Positions 1 to 13,227 of a DNA stretch of 64,000 nt are shown piece after piece (within the stretch, counting starts at the first letter, position 1; each line of letters starts with the position of its first letter). The notes below the pieces were generated by a model. It was not told the DNA's origin. It worked only from the letters and a program-made list of their open reading frames with translations, and made no database searches. The DNA lies in contig NW_019091355.1 of NCBI RefSeq assembly GCF_001949145.1, positions 4,227,374-4,291,373 of the forward strand, read 5' to 3'. The stretch is from Acanthaster planci. Its lineage: Eukaryota. The position numbers and the translations under genes were made by a program.

Positions 1-1493
1 TATACCGGACAAGTTTCTGAATAAACAAAAATACAGCAATTAGTGTTAAACACGTGAGTGTGTGATTCATGCTTGAGAGATGAGGAGGGTTGGGTGTCGA
101 GATTGATAGGCATAACAGAGGACTGCATGGGGGCTGTGGGGGGGTTGCTGAGCGAGACAGGCGGGGAGTCGATTATATCTAATACAAGATCTTCTGCTAC
201 TTAGAGCTTGGACTTGGAATGGGGAGAACCGTCCAGACAAGAACGGAGGAGGTGGATTTTGTAGAGATCTTTGGGAAGGATAGGTAGGCCCAATGTCATC
301 CGCTGTTTAACTATAGAGCAGGGAACAGCGGAGCACGTGGCTCCTAAACAACTCGTCCACGCTCCCCACGCGAGCATTTATCACAAAGACTATAAATAAA
401 GGGAAGAATGTCCAACCAATCCAGAGCCCGCTTATACCCATTACAAACTAATCCTTAAAGAGCCGCTCTTTTAACCATCTCACAGCCCACCCCAAGACAC
501 TATTCCCAGGCCATTCTTACTGAAACTTGGCATGCATGTACAGACACTAATTACCAGTACAAAACAGTGACGTTTCGATTATATTGTATATCCAACATAA
601 TCCTTTTGTCACTACGGTCATTTCTGACGTTCATGACCTCACGCGTCTGCCCGCGTGCATTGAGCCCATCAACAGGGCAAGAACGATTTTTGGCTAACGT
701 GTCTCAGGAAAATGGGCGCTGTACAAGAGAACGGTATGTCTGATTTTCACTAAATATTATTTACAGAACGATGCTAATTAAGAAAAAACCCTTGAATGCT
801 CCGAGAAATGTCAGGGGGAGGGGACAAATTCCGCCTCAGCTCTTTTAGGGATAAAAATCCTGAGGTCAAGAAACAAGGAGACGAGGAATGGAACGGGGTG
901 GTGTGGCTCCAAAATAGAAGCAAATATAGGACAGCGAGGAGAGACATGGTGGAAAGAAACACAGACACAGTAGTGAGGCATCCAAGACAGGCCTGCTAAA
1001 TAGAGGCCGACATATCTGCTGATCATTTTTGATTTCGCATACGTTTTTTTATACATTATTTTAAAAAATGAACCAAAATGAAACCCACTTGGAGGTGAAT
1101 TAAATTCAAATCGAGGAGAAATGTGTGTGTGGGGGGAATCCATTCGGCTCAAAAACTGAGTTGATGTGACCAATATGAAAGTTTCATGTGAAAAAAAATT
1201 TGTTCAAACTAGTGAGTCCAAGAGGACTCAAAATCACGTGTTTTCGTCAGCACTGTCACAGAATAAACAAAGGTCAATTATTCTTGATGCACAGAATATT
1301 GGGCACATCAACGGTTCAGACAGATGCTGATTTTAAATGTACATTAGGGAACCACTTTGCATTTTCCAAATCTCACGCAATTTGTTTGACCGAATCTTTC
1401 TTACTAACAGGAAGCCCTTTTCACAAAGTGGTTTGCAATTAATTGAACTCAATTGAAACACAAGTGAATAATTAACACAACAGTTAGTTAATA

Positions 1494-1657
1494 CGGGCGA
1501 TTCACAATAGCCTCTAAGAGTTTGCAACGCATTGGCCAATCACCAATGCGTGTTTGGAAAGGGTCGACAGATTTCGTGCTTTGTTACCGGCCAACGTGTC
1601 GTAAACTTTTGGAGGCACCCTATTGTAAAAAGGAACAATAATTGTGAATTGCGCCGG
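1494..1657. mobile_element. MITE (Tc1/mariner-like), degenerate inverted copy of the element at 2347-2514
   Basis: Starts TA|CGGGCGATTCACAATAG. The interior aligns in reverse orientation with 2347-2514 (shared ggccaatcac, agggtcgacagatttcg, ggaggca). The right TIR is degenerate. Confidence 0.6.
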
Positions 1658-2346
1658 GAATGAACGAGAACTACGAGCAATGAGCTAAGAAATGATTACA
1701 TAAAGCAAACGTTAACAGCTGCGAGTAATATTCATTCTGATCATGCAATTACATTTATATCTAAAACTTGAGTATATACAAGCGAGTCACTTTACACGTG
1801 CTAAACAAAGTACATGTATGAGTATACAGTGCATGAAGTCAGAGAACAGTGTTTTGTATCAATACTATAAATACAAATTAATGATCAATCAATAATGTAA
1901 TCATTAACATTAATCTATCTCTATTGATCAGGTTCATGATTAAACATTCACCTTCCTTGCAACCTCCCCGTGTTATAAAATATAAAATGTTCAAAAAAGT
2001 TACATTTAAACAGTGCTTTTAAATAAAAAAGCATTTTTTAATTAGTTGATCATTTATTGGTTTTTCAATCTGCATATCAACCCATCTAGTAAAACGTTCC
2101 TACTGTAACATCTTGTGCAATTAAGTCAAATCTCACTTCAAGCTGGTAGCAGGTGCGTAAACTAATCTTATTCCAACTTTTTAACCTCTGATTATGTAAT
2201 GTCTGTTTTCCAGCAAAACACGTACACCAGAGATTCCTATTACGTGCAACATGACAGTGAAAAGATTTCATGATCAACTACACATAGGGTTGTTTGGTAT
2301 GGTTTTTATACATAATATTGGATACAATCAGTCAATCGGTGTCACA

Positions 2347-2514
2347 CGGGCGATTCACAATACTGTGCCTCCAGGAGTTTGCTCCGTGTTGGCCAATCAC
2401 AGTGCTCGAAATCTGTCGACCCTGTGCGCGTCTGGAAATGGTCGACAGGTTTCGCACATTGTGATTGGCCAACACGTTTCAAACTCTTGCAAGTGCACTA
2501 TTGTGAATCGCCCG
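2347..2514. mobile_element. MITE with ~16-bp TIRs (CGGGCGATTCACAATA), probable TA target
   Basis: cgggcgattcacaata at 2347 and tattgtgaatcgcccg ending at 2514, followed by TA. The interior is partly palindromic and a second copy lies at 1494. Confidence 0.7.
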
Positions 2515-2575
2515 TATTCGTCCCCAGTTGAAGTGTAACCCAAATCAGCAAAAGAAAGACAAGTGGTTACATGCG

Positions 2576-2742
2576 GGTTCTTGCACGCATTCTGCGTGTA
2601 CGCAAAGACCATACATGCAGAAATAAATTAGTTACGCGTACTCAGCGTGCTCCGCGTCAAACACGCATATACTTGCGTGCCTCGTGGCGCGCCTGTGCAG
2701 TGAGAAAAAAAAACGTCCTCTTTTGTTCCGCTCGGAGCGGAT
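2576..2742 (+). repeat. Interspersed repeat, copy 1 (copy 2 at ~60974-61161)
   Basis: Colinear similarity to 60974-61161: ggttcttgca..., actcagcgtgctc..., ctcttttgttc...gctcggagcggat. Confidence 0.7.
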
Positions 2743-3153
2743 TGCCTAATCTTTGTGCAATCTGCCAATTTGATTGCCTGATTTGCTGATAATAGAATAA
2801 CATTTCCGACATACATGTCAAAAAGGTGTTGTGAGAATACTTTAGGCAATCACATATCAAGAGGACCACTGATGTGCTACTTTTAACACCAGCTTTAAAT
2901 TTCCATTCTTTTATTTTGCTAATTATGAATGTTAACACGGCTGTGAGCAGAATGATGGTAAATAAATAGTGTTGTTTCATTCATTAGCATTCATAATAAA
3001 TTAAATGCGACAAGTTGGGGCTACAAGTTTTGTATCAGTGGTCCTTTTGCTATTTCACGAGAACAAATTTTCGCACACTTTGCCCTTCTGTCGCCCTGAA
3101 ATTACCCAAAGAACCTTAGAATTAAATGCACTATGCCCAGGTCTGACAGTTCT

Positions 3154-4149
3154 TCAGCTTAAGTTCATCCAAATCTCATCCGCATCACTGATCTTCTTCC
3201 CAAACAAATCCCTCTCCAGATCACCCAGCTGTATCAGAAAGGCCCTGTTGGGCCTCGCCTTGGGGCGCTTGCTCTTCAGGAAGGTCATTGCATCGGCAAA
3301 GCTCCAGGCGCGGTACTTCATCAGAAAGGACAGAGTGATGGTCGAGCTTCGACTGATCCCTTGCGCACAGTGGATCAAGACGCGGCCTCGCTTGCGGAGA
3401 GCCTCGGCTACGAAATCTGCGGCGGCCGGCAGCCGGCGCTTCATGTTTGAGCCGAGCTCATCGGCATACTTCAGTTGCAGGTAGTTGCACTTGCCCTCGA
3501 AGACGTTGTCGCACTCGGCCGTGACGTTGACGATGTGGGTGATGCCCAGATCGGTGATGATCTCCAGGCTGTTGGCGTGTTTGGCGTTGCCCTGATACAG
3601 GGCTCCCTCAAGGACCTCTGAGGGATAGGTGCGGATTTCGCGACTCCGGTCCCGCTCATTGCGGATCAGCTCCTTGTTGCACAAAAACGGATATGCTGCG
3701 TGGAATGCTAGGAATCCCCCGATCAGGATGACAGGGTCGAGCTCTTGTGCCCGTAGCCTCTCTGCCAAGCTTTGTAACACCGGGCTTGTTTCCGTGACGG
3801 TGCTGTGATCGTCGTACAGCACAATGTGGGTGAACCTCCTCAGTTTGCCAGCCTCCAACAGACAGTCGTAGTCTGTGTCAATGGCAGTGTGAGGCCTGGC
3901 CGTGATGATGTGGGACTCTGTGAATTGGCCGTGCTCTCGCGCATCCAAAATCAGCATGTATTCAGGGCAGTGTATGAACGGCACGAGAAAACCGTCGTTA
4001 AAGAGATTGTACAGCGAATAGACGGTTTCAAAGCCCTCCACTTCCTCTTTGACGGGGAGTGCCTGAGGGATAAGAGCGCCCTCTGGTGTCCTGCTGAGTA
4101 GAGGGAGGTGAGGGCTGGTAGGCATCTGTTCTTGTTTACTCTCCGCCAT
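3154..4149 (-). CDS. STYXL1: Rhodanese/CH2 + dual-specificity phosphatase, STYXL1 (MK-STYX)-like, 331 aa, single coding exon
   Basis: N-terminal rhodanese-like block LYNLFN...YMLILDAR...ESHIITA resembles STYXL1. The DSP domain has YPSEV, LGITHIVNVT, catalytic loop VLIHCAQGISRSST and RPNRAFLIQL. Good Kozak context gccATGG. The symbol is by recalled similarity, not a search. Confidence 0.85.
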   Translation of the reverse strand: MAESKQEQMPTSPHLPLLSRTPEGALIPQALPVKEEVEGFETVYSLYNLFNDGFLVPFIHCPEYMLILDAREHGQFTESHIITARPHTAIDTDYDCLLEAGKLRRFTHIVLYDDHSTVTETSPVLQSLAERLRAQELDPVILIGGFLAFHAAYPFLCNKELIRNERDRSREIRTYPSEVLEGALYQGNAKHANSLEIITDLGITHIVNVTAECDNVFEGKCNYLQLKYADELGSNMKRRLPAAADFVAEALRKRGRVLIHCAQGISRSSTITLSFLMKYRAWSFADAMTFLKSKRPKARPNRAFLIQLGDLERDLFGKKISDADEIWMNLS

Positions 4150-6569
4150 GGCAACAGTTGGTTCAGAAGAAAGATGATTCTCAACAGAAATATCCTTCCT
4201 GCTCTCTTTCTGGAATGCAACAATTGAACAAAATGGTACTTAAAAACTAAATCATGCAATTTTTAAACATGTAACAATGCCGAGAGTGAAATGCTGCACT
4301 AAATCCAACAATATCAACACTCTGATCCATACTTGACACTTTTTTGAGTAATACCACATAACGAACAATCACTTCATGCTGGCAACATTTTTTACAGAAA
4401 GCTTTGTACAATGGACTGTTCAATGTGACTCTATCAGCAACCCAAAGTGTCCTCAGTAAGCTACATTAGATTATAGTCTTCGCATATTCAAACAATCTAT
4501 ATTCGTGTGGAAATGCCTGTGTAATGGTTCCGTTTCTCAGGTCTCCAGATTGTAATTAACCTCTTTGGGCAAATGCAAATGATTTACCAAGAGTTAGCAG
4601 ATGCTGATACTTGAATCATGAGCACCGAAATGAGGTTCACATGAGAAAAAAAAACAGCGTGCATACCACAGAGAAAAGGGGGGTATTGATGTTCGGCCCG
4701 AACAATGACAGCATGTGAATATGAACGGGTGAGGAATGTGCCATCTTTCAAATCCGTTTAACGTGGGAAGTACTTACCACGTTGTTCTTCTCCTTGTCGA
4801 GTTCACTGTGCTGGACCTCTGATGTCCCCTTCTTGGTGCTAGCTGATCCCATAGCCTAACGGTGGTTGCATCACCTGATGGGGGGTGGGAACGCAGGGAT
4901 CGAAAAGCAATGATTTGCATTGCAATCATGACCTTGCGATTATTCACTGAAAGGAAAAGAACTAGCAGGATCTTAGGCAGGGGTGTAAATGGGGTGCATT
5001 TTGCAGGAGAACATGGGGGCCCTCTAGGGGGCACTCTATGTGTTGAGTTACAGTGAAAACAATGACCAAGGAAGACTACCACCTGAGTTGTTTCCATCTC
5101 TAATATCTGAGGGGGGGGAACAGGGGCACGGGCCTTGAGCAGGGGGCCTGAGAAGCCCCATGGGTGTCGCCAAGGGAGGGCTAAAACGGTGCTTTTGTCC
5201 CAACATGGAGGCTCCACACAAGGGGCTAATCGGTTGGACTGGAACCCAAGAACTCACAATAAAACGTCTAAAGAAACCTGAAAACCAAACAGCACCGTCT
5301 TTGAGGCAAGATGGTGAGACCACACACACGTGGATGGATATCTCTTCCCTGTTTGAGAATCCATCTTGTGTACAGATTTTAATGACACCCTGGTCAAAGC
5401 TCTGCCCTTCAAATCCTCTTACAGCGCCATCTATTTGTTTGTATTAACACAGTTTGGCAACCAGCGATGAATGACGAACTCAGATATCGGTCAGAAAAGT
5501 CATCCACATACACTCTTGCATACACAAACTCACCTCTCTTGCAATGCCGCAGCAGAGTGCACAACGAAGCTTATTACAACCAGACTTAACTCACTGTAGA
5601 TACCTTGATTGAATAGCCATGTCAAGTGCACTCAAACAGGTTGTAGCCACCCAAGAGTACTTGTACATGTCCACGACTCTTTTGAAGCCATGTGTGACAC
5701 GATGTGTTCTGGTGTAGACCATCAGGCTCTCGGAGACTTACACAGCACGTATGCATGTACACGCACGCCCACACCTCCCACATACATCCCCTCCCCTCTG
5801 ACCCCCACGCTTGTTTGTGGACACGGATTAGCCGGGCCGTTTACACTTGGGCTGTGTAGGCCTATTGAGCTTTGGAGACTGAGTCAATAGTTACCGCCTA
5901 CAGACTTTGTTGCTGAGAACACAGCTATTCAGTGTCCAAGGGGTATATTAATGTGATGTCACACATTTGTGAACATGTGATTTACAGAAATTATATTGAT
6001 ATATACATGCAAATGGGTGTCAACCTCAGTAAGGTTGAGGGTTCTGGTTAGCTATCTCGTGGGTGTGGGTGTGTGTGGGGGAGATTCCGCTGTCCCCCGT
6101 GGGTGGCATAAATTAACAAGGGTTTTTGAAAGTTGGATAGAGAGGAGGGACAGGAAAGTTTTGCACACATTAACTGAAAAAAGTATTGTTTTTGCAACTT
6201 TCATTTCTTTCACTGTTTATTTCTATCACTGTTGAATTTGATACGTGTACAGTATCAAAAATTTCAAACTTCCGTGCATGCGACCTTCGAACCCCACTGT
6301 TCTGGGGGGTAAATGGGTCCCCTGGCTTTGGTGACAATGCAAGTGGATGCAACCAGAACACTGTACTGTACATGCAGGGTTCACGGGAAAACTCCTAATG
6401 TTTTGGTTATGCCAGATAAATGCTGATATTGATATCATGACATTTATACAATACTTATCTTGATAAAATTCTGTTGATGCAAACATAAATAATAAGAAGT
6501 TCAGCCTTTTTAGAGTATGCAAATACGGACCATATTTGGCTATTTACATGATTTATGTATGTAAATAGT

Positions 6570-7000
6570 TGTTTCAGTTCGGTTCAGTTTACTTTATTTT
6601 CCACATAATATTATTCCGTAGAAACAGTTTCACAAAGTGTATATATGTGGATAGGGGGCCCCCAAGAAGCAGTGCTTGTCGAGATCGAGTGGGGGTTGCC
6701 AGTAACGAATAAACAAAGTTCCACAAGACAACAGCACGCTAACACTTTACAAACAACACAACAAATATTAGATACAGCACATGAACATGCCCATGTAGCC
6801 TTTGCTTGCTCAACCCTGTGAGAAAGAAGTTAATCATTTACTTTATATTTGTGTTTGAATGCTGAGAGACTACATGCACATTTCAATGAAAAATCTCTCA
6901 AATTACTTACTAACGCAATTAACGATGCTGAGTTTAAATGTTGGGGTCCATTTTGTTGCATGACTCCTTTTCCTAGTAATATAGGCCTAGTAGTAGTAGG
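6570..7000 (-). mobile_element. Degraded 3' end of an L2/Crack-type LINE
   Basis: Minus-strand translation YITRKRSH...FKLSIVNCVSK*...SLSAFKHKYK resembles an L2/Crack ORF2 C-terminus. It ends in AATAAA followed by (aactg)n-like repeats at ~6570-6598. Confidence 0.45.
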
Positions 7001-7379
7001 CCTATGATATTAAACCTCTAAAACTTCTTTACCGTCAAGATTAGGCATCCTACCTAGGGCTTACTCATCCGTTAACAGATCATGAATCAGTCATCTGCCA
7101 AACGAAAAAAGGTTTGAGGCAGGAAATTCGGATTTCAAATACGAAGAGTGACAAAGTTTGGGCTGCTCTTTCCCTACAACTTACAAGACCAAGCCCCGGT
7201 CAAGACGATCATCCCAACCAACATGTCCAACAATAATGCCCAAGACTGTTCCACACTTCCACGGACGGACCACGACAGAGAAAAACAGAACTATTCTTTA
7301 TATCTATTCTATTATGCTATTCTTTTTATCATACCGTAATTTCCTTATTCCTGTGGCAAATGGATTCTAAAGTAGAACG

Positions 7380-7730
7380 CAGAGCAGTTGCCAGCATCAT
7401 GGAAACATCAGGTCCGTCACGACACTTGGTGGTTGACGTGTTTTGTTTTTTGTACCGCGCAGCGGCCCAGCACCGGCCGTAAGAAAATAAACAGCGCCCT
7501 CTTTCATCTTCGCCTAAAATGGCCGGCCTTGCAATGCAAAAGCTTCGCTGGCACAAACAGAATACACGAACACATGCATAAAACGGGCTCCTCCTAGACC
7601 TTGGCATGAAAGTTACGGGGCGGGGCGGGGCGTGGCGCGGGGGATCAGTCTCCCTTGGGGAAAAACACGGACGATCGAAAAAGAAAGTAACGCAAGGAAA
7701 ATGGGGCCCCAACATCACTAGTCCTCATGA
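7380..7730. promoter_or_regulatory. CpG-rich promoter-like segment (GC boxes, YY1-like motif), possibly the phosphatase gene promoter
   Basis: Local CpG enrichment, tandem GGGGCGGGGCGGGGCG at ~7617-7632 and AAAATGGCCG at ~7516. Minus-strand donor-like sites at 5533 and 4777 and an acceptor at 4210 could link it to the ORF at 4149. Confidence 0.35.
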
Positions 7731-9585
7731 AAAAGCCTCCAAACTGACCACCGTGACCCCAACCTTGGTAGGGAGGGCCGGTGGAAATCAACATTTTCAA
7801 GTTGAAGCAGCAGGATGCAATGCTCAGTATTGATAATAAATTTACAAATTTGTATCAATGTAGAGCAAATTTGTAAAACAAATTTATTTGCATAATTCTT
7901 TCTACAGCAGGAGACACTGTCCATAAAAAGACTGGCTGTGGGTTCAAAATGTTTATTAAACTTAAACACAGTCAGTCCCAGCTTCACTTTTTGGATGATG
8001 CTTCGATAATTTTTAAAGGTGAACTGTATAATTTTGCCACTTGTTTATCATTCATAACACGATAATTTGCAATAACTTTCTGAAATCCGAATACTACTTA
8101 AACTCACATCAAGCTCTAAGCATGTTTCAATTGTGATAAAAATATGTATTTTAATACATAAACTAAATAAAACATAGAATGAGATGAAGTGATCATCACT
8201 GATAATTTCATATAATTTCAGAATAGCAGTTAATAGGTTTACGCATAATTTTCTACAATAAAAAGGGGTAGCATCCTAGAAATGATCGAAAAGTTTCAAC
8301 TCTACATCATGTGTATATAAAAATACAGACTGCAATGAAGAGGTGAAAACAAAATGGCGTCATCAAAACATACGTGGCATCTTACAATCAACAAAAATAC
8401 ACAGATTTGAAAACCAAACTTCAAGTGTTTGCAACTTTACTTACAACTGTTGAAAAAAGGCTCAAAAAGTGGAAAAGGTGGCAATGTTGAAATAAAACAA
8501 TTCGTGTCTTTTACTTTTGGACGAGTTCAACCAAAAAAATAAACGCATACACAGCCATTTGCAAAAGTTCAGGACCACCCGTACAAATTTACATTAACCC
8601 AAAGAGAGTCCAAACTTAAATTAATTAATAGCAGCAACTTATGTTTATTTTCTATGTGTAACCTTAGTATCTTGCTTGAACAGCTGTTTGACTACATTTC
8701 CAGGATTTGAAATCCTAAGTCTATTTCGTGTACCCTCTATTTCTGATGGACTTAGGCTGACTTTTTTTTACCCATGCTGCATTGAAGAAAAAATGTCATA
8801 CAAGATCTGCCTTTCAAAAAATTTCATTCAAATGGGCTCACAGCATGACTCTGATGTTATCACCGCCGTAAAGAACATATTATGTAAACATTTAATGAGA
8901 CAATACCGGTGACAGAAATACCAATGAAATCCCAGTAGGTCTTAAACTTTTGCAAATGACTGTCGCTCGTATCAAACAGAAATGTAAATACCCAAATACA
9001 AAATCAAGCGTGAAAGGAGGATCTTCTGAAATAAAATCTGAAATAACATGAATATTTTGCCTTTATGGGTTTTTAAAAGTCGAAATTTCATATTCAAGAT
9101 TCTGACAAGCCCGAGAAAGACCTGTACATGTATTTTGATTTAATGAATCAATAATCCATTGATATGTTACGTAACAATTTCAAGAAAACATTCTGAAGAA
9201 AAATACCCACAGGGCATTTTTCAATAGACTCATACTTAAATTAAGTCTACAAAGCCAATTCTTAGCACTGAATTGTGCACATAAATATTCATAATTTTAA
9301 TCCTTGAATATAAAAAATCATGTCAGAGGATGCATTCTGAATCAGAGTCGCTAATATTATTTCTAAATTTGGCCTCCGCTGAATTGATAAAAAGGAACGA
9401 CTGAGTGACTGCTCTGCTGTAAGCAACTATGAAAAAGACTACATGTATTAGTAATTCCACAGAGAAATAAAACAAAATGAACGGATAGTTAAAAAATAAA
9501 AACCACACATAATTCTAACAGACACCTTCCATTTTTCCAGCTGAAACTGTCTTGCTCTTGTCCAAAATACATGTCTCTAAATACT

Positions 9586-10274
9586 CAGGCCTCGACACTA
9601 GCGGTTGTTGGATTGCCCCGGGACAGGTAACTTATTCTTTACAGCAAGTTAAACTTTAGGACAAGCTACTCGATGGACAGGTATTTTCTCCCTTAACACT
9701 GCAGTTTTTCATGGTCAAGAAAAGCAGTCGGGAAATTTACTTCTGACTTTTGTTCCTCTCCACACGCTAAAAGAATGCTATGAGTATGATTTTTTAGTCG
9801 CAACGTAATACGTGCAACTTGCATCAAGCCTCTATGAATCTACAGGGCCGGTATGTCATGCACATGTACAATGTGTATGTACGATGCCTACCTCATCCCT
9901 AATTGTGACTAGCAGTGCACCCCCACAGTTGTTACTACTGGATTCTACGCTAGAAATAAAGTAACCACTGGGGATGAGGTTGGTATGCATGTTAACATTT
10001 AGCAAGGCACTCTCCTACAATTGGTAAAATGCATACAAAAATGAATTGCAAAATACCCGTGTCTGGGTACCAAATTCGTTTACTCATACAACTTTCAGCA
10101 AATGCACTGCCCACGCAGTTAGACGGAGCCCAGTGTTAGGCTCTACTTATGGTTACAGGCCTGTGGATAGGGCACGGATCACCTGGGCAAGTACAATGAC
10201 ACATCAGACAAGCAAGTTTTCAATGCTGCTGGTTTGATGGACGAGCGCCAAAAAGAAATTTATGTCGAGGCCTG
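9586..10274. mobile_element. Non-autonomous hAT-like element (12-bp TIR CAGGCCTCGACA)
   Basis: caggcctcgaca at 9586 and tgtcgaggcctg ending at 10274. No clean 8-bp TSD seen. Confidence 0.6.
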
Positions 10275-10461
10275 CACTTTCTCACAACTCTGGGTGTAGG
10301 GGTATTCACACTAAATAGCTTCTTGTTTAATAATCTTCCGGTTACAACTTTTTCTTTTCTGTCCAATGCAACACGATATCCAGTGCCAATAAACCGAAGG
10401 CATGTACCACGTATCAGTGAGCAGACACATTGAATGTTCAGCCCTCCTCTGGTGCTAAACC

Positions 10462-10571
10462 TTAGATCTCTCCCTTGGCAACTTGGAGGGTATTTTTCAT
10501 CAGCATGGCAACAGTCATTGGTCCCACGCCACCGGGCACAGGTGTGATATGACCAACTTTGTCAAACACTC
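10462..10571 (-). CDS. MTHFD2: MTHFD2 coding exon 6 (terminal)
   Basis: cag acceptor. Encodes (G)[35 protein letters not shown], including the family signature [14 protein letters not shown] at 10464-10462. Confidence 0.93.
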
Positions 10572-11060
10572 CTGGAGACGAAAACGTTGACAACAATCTT
10601 CAATGTCCTGATTTCTAGAAATATGCAAGTTTGCTTAGTACGGCCCTTGAAAATGCACCTTTATAGCTCAAGTAGCCGAATTTCCAGTTTTTGTTTTGCT
10701 ATTCTAGAGGATATTTTGGTGCCTTTTTGGTATTTCTGCAAATGAGTATTTCCGTATTCATGCCAAAACTGTGATTTCATCCCAGGCAGAAAAACCTTTC
10801 AGGGCTCTTCTTTGGCCGAGTGTCTTTTTACAGTGACAACACATAGCTGCTTGGAGAAAAAAAACGAACAATTTTCATGAAGTTTCTGTCACTTTTCTCT
10901 ACTCAGACTGCGCAAAAGAAAGTCAGAGCAATGAAAAACGAACTGTCCATTTGAGTGTAGGACGGTCAGTATTGAGTCAAATATTTGAACCAGCAAATAC
11001 CATTCAGCCGATTATCAAACATTCGGTATATTTGAGACAGCACTTGAATATCCTACTCAC

Positions 11061-11294
11061 CCTCATAGTCCACGTCCCCGACCAGCCTAAACTTCCCAGT
11101 CTTGGGGTCCTGGATCCGATTGATGCCCACGTCGAAGATGGCTGCACCTTCCTTGACCATGTCGGCTGTGATCATTTTGGGGCGGCCAGCTGCCGCCACG
11201 ATGATGTCCGCATTGGTCATGTAGTAGCGCATCATCTCCGGGGAGGTCTTGCTGTGGCAGATGGTGACGTTACAATTCAGACCCATCTTGAGGG
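11061..11294 (-). CDS. MTHFD2: MTHFD2 coding exon 5
   Basis: tttcag acceptor and gtgag donor. Encodes VTICHSKT...ADIIVAAAG...[15 protein letters not shown]...LVGDVDY. Confidence 0.93.
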
Positions 11295-11704
11295 CTGAAA
11301 CAAGAGGAAACAAGGAGAAGATATGGAGGGCGGCGAGCCCAGCTATGCAAGAGGTGATGCAGATTACAGAGTTAAATTCTTTCCAACCTGACAGAAACTT
11401 GACTACAAACTCTTTCGTGCTTTAAAGACACACTCAAAACTTCCTCAAATTCATTTGTTATAGCATGTGAAAAGTATTGGGATATAGACACGTGCCAGTT
11501 CATATCATTATGGGAATCTTTCGCATTGGAAATCACCCAAGAATTTGGTGTTGGTCTACGAGCGCAGCTATCCATATGGAATCAAGCTCACTTTTTGAAT
11601 TACAAACGGAAGTGAGAAGCAGCTGATTTTAAAAAAAAAAAGATCACACAGAACTAACTTCCAATTGTTTACTAACTGCTGGGTAATATCTTGCATTATC
11701 TTAC

Positions 11705-11800
11705 TGTTCCTCTTGTCGGCAGCGAGTAACAGGGCAAGCGGGAGACCAACGTTCTTGGACCTGCCCATCACAACCGCATTCTTCCCCACTGTCTCCACAC
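11705..11800 (-). CDS. MTHFD2: MTHFD2 coding exon 4
   Basis: caag acceptor and gtaa donor. Encodes VETVGKNAVVMGRSKNVGLPLALLL (NAD-binding GRS motif). Phase-1 junctions are consistent. Confidence 0.92.
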
Positions 11801-12951
11801 CTTGAGGTTCACAGACACGACATGAATGTGAAATTTACATAAGCATCGTCAAAAGATACCTCATAGTGTATCAGAGTAAACAGAGGGGCATTTCAAATGT
11901 CCCGGAATTACATATTTCACGGTAACAAAATGAGCACAACTTCTTTTTAGAGCCATTAAAACCACGTTTAACTCTCATCGGTACTGGTTCAAAAATTGAA
12001 ACTTTGGTCTCTTACTGAGTCATCAATCAGTGCCATGGACAGTACATGCTAGTGGAAAGATTTGAGAACTGCTCTGTTGGCTTTCTGATGAATGTATATG
12101 TGTCACTAGGACTCTTTCGGGAGGGGGGGGTTGGCACAAAGCCCTCAACTCAAATAAACCACTGATGCTAGAAAGGAGTCATTTCAGCGTTATTTCAAGC
12201 AATTTGGTGATTTTCGTCCTCTTGCCTCATTTGTTTGCTCTTTGTCTTCCTGCTTTATTTTTCCCCTTCGGAGGGGGGGTAGGGTAGGGGTGAGGTGGGG
12301 GAGAACCCCCAGTGTACGGATCATTTGCGCTGATGCCACAAACTTTCGGAGAATTCACCTTATTGATGTCAGTCTGCAATCAGACAATACGCACTATCGG
12401 CTGCAGCTGTGGCTATTCAGACTGGAGTGCTAGCCCCACTAGATACCCGATATGAACACAATCTGACAAGGATGGCAGGCTGCAAAGGACTTTGGGAGAT
12501 GTTAACTAAGTGCCAAAGATTTACAAACAAAAACGACTACACGTATCTTTCCACGTCAGACAGGTGCAGAAAGTACCCTCACTAAAACTCTGATCAATGA
12601 TGTGCCTCATACTTGAATGATAACACTTTCAATCCAATGAATACTTCATAATAGCTATCCACTAACCCTAAACCCCAGGGACCATTGAAATCCTGCATGA
12701 CCTTGTTGGGTTCAGTATGGTTAGGGTTAATACACTACATCCACGACTGTCTTATCTGACTAAGGTACTGATTTAGCGAATCCCCAATTTGCTGATCGCT
12801 GATTCCGCAAACCCTCTATAAACTGATTCACTTGTCCACTGATTTATGGCATGACTGATTTCTGAGCCACTGCCGGTGAATGCAATTTTACAAGTCCAGT
12901 AATTCTGACTCCCTGATGGACTGATGCCTTACATCCATGAGTGCTGAGTAC

Positions 12952-13227
12952 CTGATCTCTTGATGAGCTCCCACACACCATAAGGTGTGGCCGGCAGCAG
13001 CGTTGGCAAGTCCAGCACCAGCCTGCCGACGTTCACCATGTTGAACCCGTCCACATCTTTGTTTGGGGAGACGGCGTCACAGACTTTCCTCTTGTCCATG
13101 TGCGGGGGGACAGGTAACTGCACCAGGATGCCGTCGACAGTGTCCGACTTGTTGAGGTCATCGACGAGGGAGAGCAGGGCAGCTTCTGTCATGGTGTCAG
13201 GTTCACGGATGGTTTCTGAGGTGATAC
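12952..13227 (-). CDS. MTHFD2: MTHFD2 coding exon 3
   Basis: cag acceptor and gtac donor. Encodes VDGILVQLPVP...KDVDGF...PATPYGVWELIKR. Confidence 0.93.
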
